A stretch of 17,860 nt of DNA, from contig JBDHJS010000061.1 of NCBI GenBank assembly GCA_039586795.1, forward strand, positions 1-17,860, written 5' to 3'. The translations under genes and the position numbers were made by a program. The notes under the pieces were generated by a model. It was not told where the DNA came from. It searched no databases and was given only the letters and a program-made list of their open reading frames with translations. Shown in pieces: positions 16,057-17,860 of this stretch. Position 1 is the first letter of the stretch; every line of letters begins with the position of its first letter. The DNA is from Gemmatimonadota bacterium. Lineage in GTDB: Bacteria; Gemmatimonadota; Gemmatimonadetes; Palauibacterales; KS3-K002.

Positions 16057-16829
16057 CTCAACCGAACGACCTCGTGCATCACCCAGCCCGAGGTGGACCG
16101 GGACCCCATCCTCAGTTCACCACGCGCCAGCCACCTCGTCTCATGCGCGTCCCTCACCCTGGGGTGCAGCCAGAGCGACGTGCCGGGAACGACGCGTAGC
16201 GCCGTCTCGGCCAACCGCCCATCCCTTAGCACGGTCGCGTCACGCAACTCCAACGCTTCCCTATCACCCGGCAGTTGGATGCGGTCCGAATCGACGATGA
16301 CCCCCTCTAACTCCGAACCATTGTGAAAACACCAGCTCGCTGACTCTTCTCCGCGCCACTCGATCCACGTCAGCGCATCCTCCGCTGACACGAATCGCCC
16401 CCATCTCAACTCATCGAACGGCAGGCGCCAGGGCTTCACGTACATATCAAGATGTTCCGCGTAGCCCTGGCCGGAGAGGATCCGGCCGGCCAGATCAACG
16501 CGAGCGTCGGCGCTCGGAATGTGGCATGACCAGGTGATCGATCCGTCGGCCGTTTCGAGCAGCTTGCGGTGGATGGCCGGAGAGCGGCCGGTCCATACGC
16601 CCCCCAGATGGAGGCGACGACAGTTCCACCGCAGTTCCCTGTTGCGGATGCGGGGGCCGGAGCAACGTCGGATCGAAAATCGCTCTCGATTGGGGCCGCC
16701 AACCGGGCGGTATAGGGTCGCCGCGTAGGGAATGACGACCGGTCCCCAACGCATCCGGGCCCAGTAGCCGATGAATGCGGCGCCGTCCTCGCTCACCAGG
16801 TCGGTGTACCACTTGGATAATCTGAACAT
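16053..16829 (-). CDS. Hypothetical Trp-rich protein, probable CrtC/AttH/tocopherol-cyclase (lipocalin-like) fold
   Basis: KWYTDLV.EDG, GQGYAEH, LRWGRF motifs. ATGA overlap with the fusion gene. Fold call is by resemblance only. Confidence 0.75.
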   Translation of the reverse strand: MFRLSKWYTDLVSEDGAAFIGYWARMRWGPVVIPYAATLYRPVGGPNRERFSIRRCSGPRIRNRELRWNCRRLHLGGVWTGRSPAIHRKLLETADGSITWSCHIPSADARVDLAGRILSGQGYAEHLDMYVKPWRLPFDELRWGRFVSAEDALTWIEWRGEESASWCFHNGSELEGVIVDSDRIQLPGDREALELRDATVLRDGRLAETALRVVPGTSLWLHPRVRDAHETRWLARGELRMGSRSTSGWVMHEVVRLR

Positions 16830-17035
16830 ATCGATCCGCCGTTAACATCACGCGCCGAACGCTATGGCGCCAGCATGGGTCAACCCCGTCAAGCGGCGGT
16901 CAAGCGCTGTCGACCATCACCCGGCGCCGGGGCCTTTCAGATAGCCCTCAGCAAGTGCATTTTCCGGTCACGGGGGCGTCTTGGCGCCCCTGTCATGCAT
17001 GCAACGGACGACTCAGGAACCATTCCCCCGGTGAT

Positions 17036-17860
17036 ATGAGCATCCTCGACCGCAAGCCGACATTCAAGACTCCAGAGGTCCTGCAGCGCCAGCGCTGGAT
17101 TCTTCTGCTGCTGCTTCCCGTCCTCTTTGGCTCCTTGATCGGCATCCTGGTGCTACACCCTATCAACGAGTTCGTCTTCTACGTAGAGCACGGACATGAA
17201 GATTTCACGTCCGCCCGGAGCTTCGTGCTCTCGCAGTTGTTGGACTCCCTGGGCGGCAGGAGCCTGCCCAAAACGATGTTCTATGCCGGCATCGGCGCGG
17301 CGCTGGGGTTGCTCAGCGCCTTCATCTTCAATGCTCTGTACAAAAGGGCTAGAGAGATCCAGCAGTTGAGCGCCGAGCTGCAGAAGGACATCCAGGCGTT
17401 CATCGGCGAGGGCGAGAGCGGTTCGCTGGAGTTCAAGTCGTCCTTTCGCTGGGACATGAAGCAGGAGAAGGCGAACAAGGCGCTCGAGGCCGTGGTCGTC
17501 AAAACGCTGGCCGGGTTCATGAACGCCGACGGCGGCACCCTGCTGATCGGAGTAGACGACGACGGGAAGGTCCTCGGCCTGGACAAGGACTACGGAACGC
17601 TCAGGAAGAAGAACCGGGACGGCTTCGAGCAGGCGGTCATGGGCGCAGTGGCGGCAGCCATCGGGACCGATGCGTGCCGCAACGTGCAGATCGTGTTTCA
17701 CGACATGCAGGGTAAGGACGTCTGCCGTGTGATCGTCCGGCCGTCCCCGCGGCCCGTCTACATGAAGCAGGATCAGACGGCGATGTTCTTCCTGCGCGCC
17801 GGTGGCGGAACACGCAGGCTGAACGTCGAGGAGGCGGTGGACTACATCGAGGACCACTGG
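17036..17860 (+). CDS. 2TM-anchored Schlafen/AlbA_2 domain protein (3' end beyond window)
   Basis: Translated by hand: open from ATG 17036 to the window end (275 codons). Two TM segments, then GESGSLEFKSSFRWD...KTLAGFMNADGGTLLIGVDDDGKVLGL...FFLRAGGGTRRL. Confidence 0.92.
   Translation, partial: MSILDRKPTFKTPEVLQRQRWILLLLLPVLFGSLIGILVLHPINEFVFYVEHGHEDFTSARSFVLSQLLDSLGGRSLPKTMFYAGIGAALGLLSAFIFNALYKRAREIQQLSAELQKDIQAFIGEGESGSLEFKSSFRWDMKQEKANKALEAVVVKTLAGFMNADGGTLLIGVDDDGKVLGLDKDYGTLRKKNRDGFEQAVMGAVAAAIGTDACRNVQIVFHDMQGKDVCRVIVRPSPRPVYMKQDQTAMFFLRAGGGTRRLNVEEAVDYIEDHW

Noticed and set aside
16930..17035. Riboswitch/ncRNA upstream of the Schlafen gene (small GGGGCG...CGCCCC hairpin)
   Set aside because: No recognisable aptamer consensus. 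Short GC hairpins are expected by chance at this GC content.
17153..17857. 234-aa minus-strand ORF
   Set aside because: Antisense to the clear AlbA_2 gene on the + strand.

Overview
GC-rich bacterial window with three parts. (1) 92-10633, minus strand: a tightly coupled operon for anaerobic benzoyl-CoA dearomatization, in the order tetR - had - oah - SDR - SCP2-type thiolase - DUF35 - dch - four class I benzoyl-CoA reductase subunits (bcrC/B/A/D-like, both ATPase subunits only 271 aa) - an uncharacterised 108-aa Cys-containing protein. A sigma70 promoter drives it, and its start region is covered by a palindrome matching the Thermus PaaR operator consensus as I recall it. (2) About 10700-14075: a dif/Xer-like 28-bp site and a terminator, then an islet of small exported/lipoprotein genes that includes a tandem paralog pair. 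(3) 14119-17860: a coupled two-gene unit (CrtC/AttH/lipocalin-like protein plus a three-domain PEMT/ICMT-PAP2-Lgt membrane fusion), and a divergent 2TM-Schlafen (AlbA_2) gene that runs off the window and is missing from the ORF track. All family calls rest on motif recognition by eye, with no database searches. The host may be Gemmatimonadota (weak inference).
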